A stretch of 63,068 nucleotides of DNA, the filler included, from Sphacelaria rigidula (Eukaryota): assembly GCA_964200075.2 (NCBI GenBank). It is 9 parts of 9 records of this genome, joined end to end, with 100 filler letters (N's around TTAATTAATTAA, not from the genome) between each part and the next. Parts side by side here need not be neighbours in the genome. Positions count along the whole stretch, not along the records: positions 14,039 to 20,957 come from CAXNAA020017402.1; positions 21,058 to 27,976 come from CAXNAA020017403.1; 7 more parts are not named here. One strand, written 5' to 3'. A program made the translations under genes and the position numbers. Within the stretch, counting starts at the first letter, position 1. Every line of letters begins with the position of its first letter. The notes under the pieces were generated by a model. It was not told the origin of the DNA. It was given only the letters and a program-made list of their open reading frames with translations, and made no database searches. This document shows, piece after piece, positions 14,039-25,624 of the stretch.

Positions 14039-14254
14039 CGTAGCTCATACACCTCTCATAGCTCATCCAGGACGAATCTGAGCTGATGAGCTACGGGTTG
14101 GTAGCCCACCTATCGCAAACGTGCGTAGCTCATACAGCTCTCATAGCTCACCCCAGGAGAAACATATGTAGCCCATGTTGCTCTCATAGCTCACTAGGGA
14201 GCTACGCTCAAAAAGAGCTAGCTCGAGCTATAGGGAGCTGATCCGTCCGACGTG
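14039..14254. repeat. TAGCTC-motif-rich repeat, probably a transposon end
   Basis: Repeated gtagctcatacac/agctctcatagctca units. It ends in tgatccgtccgacgtg, whose reverse complement matches tacgtcggatggatca at 31923-31938 (14/16). Confidence 0.5.
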
Positions 14255-14546
14255 TGAAAAGTAGTGCGCGAGGAAAACCCTCAAACATTCCTGAGTAGTA
14301 AGACCGCCCATTTTTTTTCCCCTCAAAATTTGAACGCCCACTTCTGTATCGAAAATATGCTGCAAGTGTATACCGCGTGGCAACACCGCTGGGCATGATG
14401 ATTGTTCCATCTTTACCTTGTCGCTTGCGTTTCTGCTTACTTCTTACCGTGACGCCTCCTCTATTCCCCACCAACGGCCCTCCCTCCTCCGGGCCTCTAC
14501 GGCCGTTTCCATTGCCCCTGTACGTTCTCGATTTCCCTCGCCGTAG

Positions 14547-17500
14547 TCCCGACTAAGTACTGTTGGCATGATGCCCGGAGGGGTGTCATCGCTCGGACTG
14601 ATGAACATCGCTGAAGGAACGGCCGCCAGCCCGGGCCAAGAGAGGGTGTTGGCCGGCATGGGGGCGGGTGTAGGGGTGGGTGTTGGGGCCGCGGCGGCTG
14701 CGGCTCAAAAACAGCGCAGACGACGGACGTCTTTTGGGATGAAGATGATGGCGGAGAGTGGCTTCAGGGTGATGGATGGCAAGGGCCGCCGTCCCGGTGC
14801 GGAGCAACCGGTGACGGATGGGCTTGGTGTGGGTGCTGGAGGCGTTATTGCCGCAGTGCAAGAAGAGGGGCAGGAAGACGACGAGAGTGATGGCAACCAA
14901 GAGGTGAACATGTTGCTTGGGGTTATGGACGGCGTTCTGTGTGGATTGTGACTAAAATTGTCGTGGGGCTTCAGATTCTGTCGAAGCAAAATTCAAGAAG
15001 TAAATGTCTATTCCGTCTTGTGATCAGTACTTGAAAGTTTGTGGTTTTTTTCTTCAGTGAGATGAGTACCTTTTGATCGGCTCGTTTGCGAATAGGGAAG
15101 ATAGAAAGGTAGCTTTTCCACACCCTGCACAAAATATTCCATTGTAAAAAATGTACTGCGTGCAATATAGAATTTATTGTCTGCTGCAGCATGCGCAACT
15201 GTGGAATCTGTACACAGTACACTTTTTTGACAGTGTACTCATTTGTCCAGGGTGTTCGAGATTTTGTTCCCCTTGTGTGTCCATTCGGTTCACATGGTGT
15301 TTTGGGTATGTGAGCTCTTCGCCTCCTTTCTTTCCCGTGATAGGTGTGTGTGTTTTCGAGATTATTTTATTCTTGTTTGTACATGAAAATATTTGTGGTG
15401 TCTCGTATGTATGTGCTGAAACTTGGGCTTTCGATTATTTTATCTTTTGTGTAAATGGGTGGCATTTTGATAACGGAAGGAGCCTTCACGCGCCGGAGCA
15501 ACACCGAGTTCAATGAACATCTCCGGGCGGTGGGCAGCGAGCCCCATGTCAACGGGAAGAGCCGAGGCGCTGAGCCTTCTAGAGGATGACGATGAAGAAG
15601 GCAAAGGTAACGGATCTCATCTATGGCTAGGGTCGGGTACGGTGCCCCAGGATCTACAGGGTATATACCCTGATTCTTCAGGGTATCATGGAGTGCCCGG
15701 TGCTCGAAGGAACCTGTGTAGCTGACTGCCGAAAGTACTGAGAATTGTGTGGTGTTTATCCATGGGATGAAGGGTGTAAGACTGACGTTCAAAATAGACG
15801 TGGTGGCAACACAGCATTAACTGTGAGTTGAGAATTTCTGGGTACCCTGGATATCTTGACCCGGACCCGGACCCCTGTAGTGTTTTACCCTTCTGCAATC
15901 ACGTGTTGATCGGTTTGATGGATCCATTTTGATGTATTTCCGTTTTTTCTTGTTTTGCTTGTCTCCGTGGTTGTGTATAGAGATGAGTACGTGGATGATG
16001 ACAAAGAGTAATCGTCATCTTGACTCTTGTGTCCGTATTAGCGGGGCGTATGTGTTTTTCTGTGGGGGAGTGGGATCAGAAATTAGCAGCAACTGTCGAC
16101 GTTGAGGAGCGCCCCGCCCCACCGTGCTGTTTTTTCTTGTTTCTTGCTGATTTTTCCAGGAGACACTCCTGCCAAGGTGCGAGAAGATCTGGAGAAGTCG
16201 TTGACGGAGCTCACCAACCTGTCCATCTCTCTCTACAATAGCGAGGTCAGTCGGCTGCTGATGCTATTGGTATTGGTGCCCCCGTCGCTGGTGTCTTTTT
16301 TTTGTAAAAGTTGACACCCCAGAACTGGATGATCAATAGTTGTAATCGACAATGTGCTCCGTAACGTATTATGCCTATTGCGACTATTGCCGAATGTAAT
16401 CGGCCTACACTTCACGCAGCACATTCTTGTCTAGTGAAAATATTGTGTCGTCCAGGGTATGAATAGGACAAATTGGATGAATGAAAATAGCGAATAAACT
16501 GCGTCACGCGCGTCGGGCGTTTCACTTTGGATTACGCTTTACTTCCCTTTTTTTTCACATCTTCCATCATGGGTGTTTGAGTCCTGTATCTGTCCTTACA
16601 TCTCAGTCCTTCTCGTTGACCCTTTTTTTTTCCCCTGCTTCCAGAGCGACGAATCTCCGTCGAAGAGAGTTGCTCGCACGCCTCCCCCACGGGAGTTCGT
16701 GCTCAGTCCCTGGGATGACGACTTGAACGACGAGAACGCGGACAGAAGTAAGAATAGTTCCGGTGGCGTCGTCTCTACGAGCGTTCGCATGGGTGTGGGC
16801 ATGTTGTCTTCGACAGAGGCGCTGCGGCGGCACGGGGCTGTGGCTAAGGCCCTCTGTATGCTGTCTGTCGAGGAGCTGCTGGGGGAGGTGCCCGTCGTGT
16901 GTCGGGCGTGGTGCAAGGCTGCGAGCTTAGCGTTTTCCGAGGTTGCTTCAGCCATGTCTGTGGGGGTGGAAGGGGGGGAAGCACAGGAAGAGAGGTGATG
17001 GACGAACCTGTGATGTTCTGTAGTGGTGCCGGTGTACGTTACGGTACCTTGCCGTGTATTTTTGAGGATGCGGTGTTGACTGTATATACATCCCCTATAC
17101 CCTCTACTCCCCTCCACCGGGTGTAGTGTCTGTGGAGTATCCGTGTTGGTGCGGGTGGGTAGGGTACCGATGGAGGATGGTGTGGTGAGCATGTTTTGAC
17201 CTAGGTGGTATCGTATGTGTGACATAACCACTTTTGTGCCTTAGATGGCGACGTCAGACGTTTGTCGGACGGAGTTTTGAATCTTTGAAGAAATACGGAA
17301 TACTTGTTGCTGGATGTGTGGATCGATCACTCTTCATTCGCTCACGCTTTTCGTTTTCTCTTGTTGATCAGTTATTCTGAGAAGCTATTTTAAAAGGTTG
17401 ATCTTTCAAGGATCTACACGCTACACTCCTCACGTGCACGTTTCACGTCAAAAGTCGTCAAAAGTTAAGCCAGGTTAGTACCACGGCGTGGGACCACATG

Positions 17501-19251
17501 GGAAGCCCTGATTTGACTACTTTTGAAAAGGGCTCCTCCACGTGGTCCCCATCCCCCACCGTAGTTCCAGCCTGGCTTGACTTTTGCAGTGAAACGTGAC
17601 ACGAGGTGACACGTGATGGGTGTAACGTGTAGACCCTGGAAATATTTGTTATAATCCAAACGCAAGTGGTTTTAGGGTGTGTTTTTTTTTCTTGCAAAAT
17701 ATTGCTCCAAGTTTTTTTTTCCTTCTTTTTTCGGCCTAGTGTTGTCTTCTTGTACGAGTTTTTGCAAGCAGTTGTAGACTTCTATAATGATGATTATTAT
17801 CATCATTATCATTATTATCATTTTCCCGTTTTTTGCAGCACGAAACCGTCACCACCAGTGCCCGTCCCAAATTGTCCGTCTGTATTATCTCTCAGATACA
17901 CGACCGCAACCGTGCCGACGGCGAGGACGATAACTGACACGCCTGAGCGCGGCTGCGGCACTAGTAAGCAGCCCACCCATGCCTCTACTCTTTCTGCCTC
18001 GTCACGCAGCGAGTGGCCGCCCGAAAAAGTGGCTGCTGCATTCCCGTGGGGGTCTTTTTTGTCGGAGGGATCTTTTAAGCAGGCGAGGGAGTCACACACA
18101 CACGACACGTATTGTAATGCGGATATAGTGGGGGGCAGGTTCGGAGGGTGTTACCGATGACTTATTTTTTGCTGTGGTTGTTGCTGTGGTCGTGGGTACT
18201 ATACTGTTTTTGTTGTTGTTCTAATTTCTCTCTCTCGCAAATGACCTATCGACAAATATATCAGGATGAGATTCCCCCCCCCTGAGGAACGGCGTTCTCG
18301 TGAAGCAAAAATACCATGCTGTGGTGTAAGTGATGTCACTTCCATTAACGCAGCTACCATCACATGGCGACAACATCTCAGATATGCATAAAAAGATACA
18401 GTCGATACCTATTCGAAAGAAACATGTCGCGTTTTTTCAATATCGTATTGTGTACCTGTCCATTTTTACAGCGGCCCCGGGGGCGAAACAATGAGCTCGA
18501 CAAGAAAAAAAAAAGTTGGAATTAAAAACATGCTCTTGTCTGATTATACACGTGTATATGCACGTACATATGTATGTTCATGTCCTGTTTTTAATTTTGC
18601 CGCAGGTGTTTAAGGTGTGGAACGCGGTGCAGTCGCGCATGGAGGCTTTGAGTGTCATGGACTGTGACGTCATCGCTGAAACGGAAAGCCAGGAAGTGGT
18701 GAGCGTGCGAGCAACGATGATTTCAGATTGATGACCTGTTCGCAGATGAACGAAAAATGACTAGCAGTAATTTCAACGTTGTCTAACCGACAGGTGGAAG
18801 TCATTGGGGTACCCCAATACGTGGAATTGTCGAAGCTTTGGGGCATGAACACTGCGACCGCGACACACCCCAGACAAAATATGTGCAAAAGTTGCATTAG
18901 AAGGAGAATGTATTGCGTGAGGTATAGGCGGATATTGTTGCAATAAACCTATACTATACGCAGTATTTTGTTTTTATTTTGCAAATATTGACCACAGATT
19001 CTCAGGGTGTGAAACTTTGTTTGCAGTTACAGTCGTGTGTTGACGCGTAAATCAGTCATAATTTTACCCTCCTGTGCGTCCCTGGATATCAATCTCCTAC
19101 TCCCCCCACCCCCACTCCCTGCTTCTGTAACCAGATTTCTCAGGAGCTTCGAGTGAGCATCTTGACCTCGTCCCTGGTGCAGAGGGGCATCTGTCCGAAT
19201 TTCGTCCAAACGTTCGGCTTGTTTCGGTGCTGCACACCTCCGCCACCTGAT
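14547..19251 (+). CDS. Partial multi-exon gene: atypical haspin-like Ser/Thr kinase N-lobe preceded by an F-box-like motif
   Basis: Phase-consistent exons 14547-14903, 15480-15606, 16160-16245, 16645-16994, 17896-18082 (GC donor), 18606-18698, 19135-19251. Spliced product reads FPWGSFLSEGSFKQ|VFKVWNAVQSRMEALSVMDCDVIAETESQEV|ISQELRVSILTSSLVQRGICPNFVQTFGLF, covering the G-loop, beta3, alphaC Glu and a CPNFV segment. Confidence 0.8.
17404..17642. repeat. Intronic foldback element whose arms contain 5S rRNA 3'-half-like sequence
   Basis: Left arm ...ctacacgctacac...aaagttaagccaggttagtaccacggcgtgggaccacatgggaagccct. Right arm reverse complement ...ctacacgttacac...aaagtcaagccaggctggaactacggtgggggatggggaccacgtggaggagccct. 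Both resemble 5S rRNA GGCTAGTACTACGGTGGGGGACCACGTGGGAAGCCC as I recall it. Confidence 0.65.
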
Positions 19252-20244
19252 GTAAGTGGTTATGATCCATTATTGTCGTTGTCATGATCCATTGTTGAGT
19301 GGTGGTTGGGTGGTAACCATGTTTCCCGGAAGCTCCTGTTGTTCAGCATAATGCTTTCAAGCAAAGCCGAAGTGTCCTGTATTGTACTGCTTGCCGCCCT
19401 CTGCAATCGTCTTCATTATCTTGAGGGTCCTCATGTTGTCCACACGACACCAGTAACTTTTGCGACACGGTAGACATGTTTTTGGTCCTCCTCCGAAGTG
19501 TCGTCAGCTAGCTCACTTGCACCTTCATTCACCCTACCGGCGTCTTTCGCGTCGCAGTTGTTTGGCACAGCACACCACAAGTATCCTCATGGTTGCAGCC
19601 CTGGGGTGGTACGCACCCAACCCCGGCGCGCTTTGCCGCAGGGATCCACAGTCAGCTCCGCCAACAACACCAGTCTTCGATATCAGGTACGGGGGGTAAT
19701 GCACTCGGCTGTCTTGGCAAGTCGACCATTCGATGCCGGGAAGCGAGAAGGAATCGAACAGCCGGCGCTTTGACATGCTCTGGGTACGCGTCGGATGTGA
19801 CGATCGGTTGACAGTTGAAAGACTATGTCCGCGATCGATATACAGCAAGAGGCTGCAATGAAGTGATTGAGAGTCATGGTTTGTGTCATGGAGAACCTTA
19901 CCCGTCCGTTCATACGGTCCAACTTCGGTATTTTTCGTTTGAAGGGGGGGGGGGGGGGGGGGGGGGGGGGGAACGGAACACTCACCTACTCGCCTACTGG
20001 CATTGATTGGTGATTGACTGATTTGTTGATCGATTGACTGTCGCACATCAAGAGATTATAGAGAAATCCAGCACTGGTCATCATCCACAATATAGACGTG
20101 CCCAAGATGGGTCAAAGCGAAAACTCTCTCTGAACAGTAGCGTCAGGAAGGGGGAACGATGAAGATTGAAAGATAACAAAGAGAGTCGAAGTAGAAACGA
20201 TACCACAAGAACGAAAGAAAGAAAAAAAAAAGTGAGGGGGAGAG

Positions 20245-20890
20245 TGCTCAAAAACGACGAGTACTGACGTATTGAGAGCGGAGTTGGGATTGTACCCATT
20301 AAAGACAAGTAGAGACACGAGAAAACTGAAGAGGCAATATGGCGTGAGGAGTATGCCAAGGAAGATATTGCCAGCCACGAGGGATAGAGCTGTATGGAAG
20401 GATGTGGCGAAAGGGCAGGCTGGAAGAAGGTGTTATAGCGTGGTGGAGAAAGTATGGAAAGACATGAGAGGAAACAAAGATGAGACGGTGTCCACAGGTG
20501 GAGGCGTCAGGTACAAGACAGGAGTGAGAGACATGATAGAAATAAGGGGGGAAAAAGAGCTAGGACGGAAAGTAGACGAAGAAGAGCACCTGAAGATATA
20601 TGGGGGCTTGAAAGAGGGGGTGGAGATGTAATTATATCTGCATCGCCCAATGAGCAGCTCTACGAGGAGTTGAAACTGCGATTTCGGACGGGGGACATGG
20701 ACATGCAAGAAAGGAGGTATACCAGTAGTCGAGTGAACAAGGAAGTAGATACACATAATTGTTGCTGTGGCGAAGCGATAGAGAGCAGAACTCATATAGT
20801 GGCAAAATGTGGACTCTACGAGGAGGAATGGGACATGCTTGAGGAGAAAATGTGGAAAGTGAGCAGAGGTGGCATGAACTCGTTTGATAC
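20245..20890 (+). mobile_element. Degenerate non-LTR retrotransposon (LINE) ORF2 C-terminal remnant
   Basis: Translation gives TSTDVLRAELGLYPL...KLRFRTGD...CCCGEAIESRTHIVAKC, i.e. a post-RT segment and a CCHC-type zinc finger, broken by a stop and a frameshift. Confidence 0.75.
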
Positions 20891-21057
20891 ATCGATTTCC
20901 ACGCGTTGGATCACCCCCCCCCCTCCCCCTCCCTCCCACCCCCCCCCCCCCCCCCCCNNNNNNNNNNNNNNNNNNNNNNNNNNNNNNNNNNNNNNNNNNN
21001 NTTAATTAATTAANNNNNNNNNNNNNNNNNNNNNNNNNNNNNNNNNNNNNNNNNNNN

Positions 21058-23870
21058 CCTCGACCTCCGCCATCATTGATCACCCCTCGTAATCTCGTTT
21101 TCGAATTCTTGTTTTCGAGCAAAATCCCAGACATACATATATCTCGTTTGGATCTTCGACCGTCATATCCCATCCGTACATCAGCCAAAATGTAGAGATA
21201 ATGATTTCCTCGACACTCTTACAGCCCACCTGCACCAGTTCTTCGAACAAATGGACGCATCATCCACATGCTCCTTCTGACATGAACGAAAAACCAACCA
21301 CGTGCCCGTTCAAACACGTGACAATCCATACAAAAGCGTGCCACGGTCAACGATCATTGATGCATGCGCGCATAATGTCTTCATCTTCAACCACCGGAAG
21401 CACTCGCGTCATACCTCCTCACATACGACGAGCCTCCGCATTTCGTACCTTTCAGCTCACGTTCACGCTAATGGCAGGTGTCGCCGTCTCCTACTGTGAG
21501 TACGAGCCTACGCACTTCGTACCTTTCAGCTCATTTTCACGCTAACAGCAGCAATCCACATATGCTGCAGTCAGTACGTGCAAACCGCACGGATATGATT
21601 CGACTGTGTTCCTGCGCGAGCAAGATCATACGAGCTTCACTTCATTTAGCATGCAGCAGTATATTGAAAACTGTCCCACCCTAGGTCGTCACCAGATACC
21701 AATCATATCAGTACCATTCGAGCAAAAATTCGCACATTCCGGCCAGAATTCCACTCAGCATATGAAAATCCGCACATGCATGCCAATATTTCACTCAGCA
21801 TATGCAATGCCACCTTCCTCGCAGCAAACACCATGCATCGTCCGTGCCAACCAGATCAGCGGAACACACACAGGCCAAATACCCACGTGTACACCTGAGT
21901 TTTACCCTGCACACGCGATACGATCATACTCGCTCAACAACCATGTTTCATGCGCAAGCATGACCACAAACTTCACAATAACAAGCTGCAATCATTCTCA
22001 AAATGATTCGCGAATACCAGTCATACTGTGTTTCCTCATTCTCAACAAGCACTCAATCACCTCAGCATTTTCTCCTCAACATCAGCACCCAACTCGGCGC
22101 TCATCACAACAGCAAACACCTCAGGTAGTGCCTTCTTTGTAGTCCTCCAGCCCGCTCCTGAGAAACAGCAGCACTCGAACCACAACTCCGTGCTCAGCGT
22201 AGAGCATCCTTTCCACTCGGATACTCCCTCCTTGCATCTTCAGTCTAGCTACATCTGGCACCCCCATGGTGTAGCTCAACACGCCTCTGGAAGGTATATC
22301 CGCACAGCCAAACCAATGCGATAGATCATCTGCCTCCACAGATACTTGCGCAGTCCTGAGCACCTGTGCTTCAGTCGGTTTTACAGAGGAAACCAGAGGC
22401 GAAACGGGAACAGCTACACAGTCCCGAACAGCAACACCTCCCGATGGCACACTATCCTCCTCAAACACCCCGCCGCGAAACGGTGGAGACACCTCCACCA
22501 TCGCCGCCAAACACGCCAAAGCTGCCCATGTAAACAGCAATGCACACGACCACTCCAACACCACGCGACGCTTGTCGTCGCCGTCAGAATTGTGATCGCT
22601 AACAGCATTACGAGCTTGCAACTCGCTCTGCGTACCCGCTTCACGCGGGTCACACGCCCCTGTTGTTTCGATAGTGCAAGGCGTGTCCACAGCCACGCGC
22701 TGGTCCGACGGCAATTCCGCCAACCCGGCATCCACCTGTCCGTCGAGCAGATACTCCTGCGAATCATCCGAATGATCTCCAACAGCAGTAGCAGTATCAC
22801 CCCTACTCGCTACAGCCGCCAACTTCTTCTCAGCTCACTCCTGGACTGCAACAGCGGCAGCTGAGCGGCCTGCAGTCTGCTCGAGCGGCGTGACATATTC
22901 GCCCTCTCCAGCAGAAATACCAGCAGCATCCAAACCAATTCTTACCGTGGTACTTTCGGCGGGCGCGTAGTCATGTCTCCCCGCTTTGATAGACACGTGC
23001 TGTGTCTCCTTCCCGCTCTGCACAGTGGAAACAGCTGCCCTGTTTTATCGTGGGTTAAGACGCGCCCTACCGACTGCACGTTCAGCGGTTGCACTATCGC
23101 ACCTATCCCCTCGGGCAGACACACGCTTCTCGGCTTTCACAGGGTAAGCATCTGCCCTGTATCGTGGTTTTAAACGCGCAGCACCTATACTGCACGTTCG
23201 GCGGGTGCACTGTGTGTCATGCCTGTCCGCTCGGGCAGACACATGTTTCTCGGCTGTCACAGGGCAAGCAGCTACCCTGTATCATTGTTTCAAACGCGCA
23301 GCACCTACTGCACGTTCGGCGGGTGCACTGTCTTGCCTGTCCCCTCGGGTAGACACATGCTTCTCGGCTTTCACAGGGTAAGCATCTACCCTGTATCGTG
23401 GTTTCAAACGCGCAGCACCTACTGCACGTTCGGCGGGTGCACTGTCGTACCTGCCCCCTCGGACAGACACATGTTTCTCGGCTGTCACAGGGCAAGTAGC
23501 TCCACCGAACGGCGCATGCTTGCGCAACGCGAAAAGCAACTGCTCGTCCTCAACATCATAATCATGTTTCAAGAACGTGTCACACAGACATATCACAATA
23601 TGTTTCGGCATTAGCTCAGAAACTGCTACCACCTCAAAGAGGTTTGTCCACCGCGCGTTCACCTGATCTACATCTCGCAAATATTGCTCGTATTTGCGTA
23701 AAAACTCGACCGATTTCTCGCCCGAAAACGCGCGGCCGTAGTACGGCATCTCCAGCGCCAGTACAAGAACAACACGACCATCGCGGATGGCATATTCCTG
23801 CGCCTCGTACATTTCAGTCAGCAGTACAGTACTCCACACGCCTTTTTGAAAAACGAAGTCGCCTCCCACT
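21058..23870 (-). mobile_element. Left copy of a non-autonomous retroelement-like sequence (gag-like ORF with tandem repeats plus degenerate body); left arm of a contig-wide inverted duplication
   Basis: Reverse-complement homology to 25625-27976. ORF 23282-23869 (FSGEKSVEFLRKYEQYL...) runs into ~38-aa repeats. No RT or integrase motifs seen. Confidence 0.6.
23020..23497 (-). repeat. About 4 tandem units of ~114-118 bp encoding CPVTAEKHVSARGDRYDSAPAERAVGAARLKPRYR-like peptides
   Basis: actgcacgttc(a/g)gcgg recurs at about 23073, 23189, 23307 and 23421. About 2 units are also present inverted at 25625-25860. Confidence 0.85.
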
Positions 23871-23973
23871 CACAGGAACAACAACTCTTTCCTTGCAACG
23901 AGACGGTCTCCGGTGCACTTTTTGTGGTGGGGCGGGCTATCTCGGCATTAGTCAACGATATCACGACGGGTAT

Positions 23974-24849
23974 TGTACCCTGTCTGGAATCAGAACAAGG
24001 TTCCAGTGCTGCTCCAGAGGCTTCCTTCCTGTCCAGGGCTCCAGGGACTTCAAGACTCAAGCAGTTATACAAACAGCAGTCTTCGTTAACCAGAGGTGAT
24101 CTATCTTTGCTCCCCTGACAAACACAGTATGCCACGCATTCAATAACCATCCTCCAACCTTTCGTCACAATATCCAAACTGATATCTGTAGAGTAGTCCA
24201 CCTACAGTATTCATCATGTAGATATGCGGCGGATCCTGGATTGATTGTTTGGAGGATGACTATTGGATGCGTAACATATTGTGTTCGTGAGGAAAGCCCG
24301 TGAAGTTTACTTCTGGTTAACGAAGACTGCCGTTTGTATAACTGCTTGAACTCTTGAAGTCTCTGGAGTCCGTGACTGGGAGGAAGCCTCTAGAGCAGCA
24401 CTGTAACCTTGTCCTAATTGCAGGCAGGTCCACATATCCATATGCTACCGTACTCCTCATGCTAGAGTTGCTACCGTAATTTCTCCACAGCACCCCCAAG
24501 CTACGTTCTACTCGAAGGTAGAAAACGAGCTTGATCATCAGTAGACACCGACAGTAAATCTGGGATGTTAACAAATAACAATCATGCAAACGATAACCAA
24601 TGTGAACCTGCCTGGAATCAGTACAAGGTCACAGTGCTACTCCAGAGGCTTCCTCCCTGTCCAGGGCTCCAGACTTGAAAGACTCAAGCAGTTATAGAAG
24701 CAGCAGTCTTTGTAACCACAAGTTAACTTCATGGGCTTTCCTCGCGAATATGAAATGTTACGCATCAAATAGTCATCCTCCAGCCAATCAATCCGGGATC
24801 CGCTTCATATCTACATGTTACATGTATACTGTAGGTGGACTACTCTACA
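23974..24849 (-). mobile_element. TRIM-like element (LTR, ~110-bp internal region, LTR) with a solo LTR nested in its downstream LTR
   Basis: Minus-strand LTR 24849->24601 (TGTAGAGTAG...GGTTCACA), then PBS-like TTGGTTATCG, a short internal region and PPT-like GGGGGTGC. The second LTR runs 24489->23974 (TGTGGAG...GGGTACA). Confidence 0.65.
24187..24434 (+). mobile_element. 248-bp solo LTR
   Basis: TG...CA termini, 4-bp TSD TATC at 24183-24186 and 24435-24438, and reverse-complement homology to 24601-24849. Confidence 0.75.
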
Positions 24850-25624
24850 GCACCCTCCAAAATTTCGCACTACTCGAAGTAGAAAGCGAATTTGACAAAA
24901 CAGTATGTAGACACCAACAGTCCACTACGATGTCAACAAAATACATGCATTTAATATCGGACCGCATCAGGTCAAATCACGATGCCCCCCCCAGTATAAC
25001 CGCACGAGCTACTCCAACATGTTGGGCAAACAATAACCAAGCGGTGTACTCAACGTACACCAAATTGCATAGTAGAACCCATGAACTACGCCAACAACCA
25101 ATCACAGCTTGAAACCCAATCAATCAGAGCTTGAGCCCATACTTAGCCAGCGAACGCGCCTGTACCTGCTTTGTTAGTCGCAACTTACGCAATTCAGAAC
25201 GTACAAACTGCGGGGCTCCTTCCAAAATGGTTTCCTGAGGCTGCCGAAACCTACCCATTCCACGTGTACAACGAGCCCATCACCGTCTTGACAAGTCAAC
25301 TATCGCCTCCATCTCGAACTCTCCTTGCGCAAACGCACACTGAAACACTTCCCTCAGATCCGCAGTGACCTCCAGTTCCTTGTCCGCGTAGTACCATGGT
25401 ATGTTGCTTCGGCTCTTCACACTCTTTAGCTTTGTCGTCGGCTTACCACAAGTACATTGAGCATCCAAATTGATCATGGACTACGTAGTTCGTTTTTGTG
25501 GTGGCATGTGTCCTGTGACGGTTTAAAGTCAGCGCTGACCGATCAGTGGTCTAGTTGGTTGTCTCTTAAACCGTCACAGTCCCTCGTTCGTGCCGTGTGT
25601 TTCTCCCTGGTTTTGCCCCGTAGC

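Noticed and set aside
15628-15877. hAT-like MITE (TAGGGTCGGGTA...ACCCGGACCCCTG)
   Set aside because: The termini are only loosely complementary and I found no 8-bp TSD.
17461-17584. Functional 5S rRNA gene
   Set aside because: Only degenerate 3'-half fragments are present, with no 5' half; recorded as a derived repeat instead.
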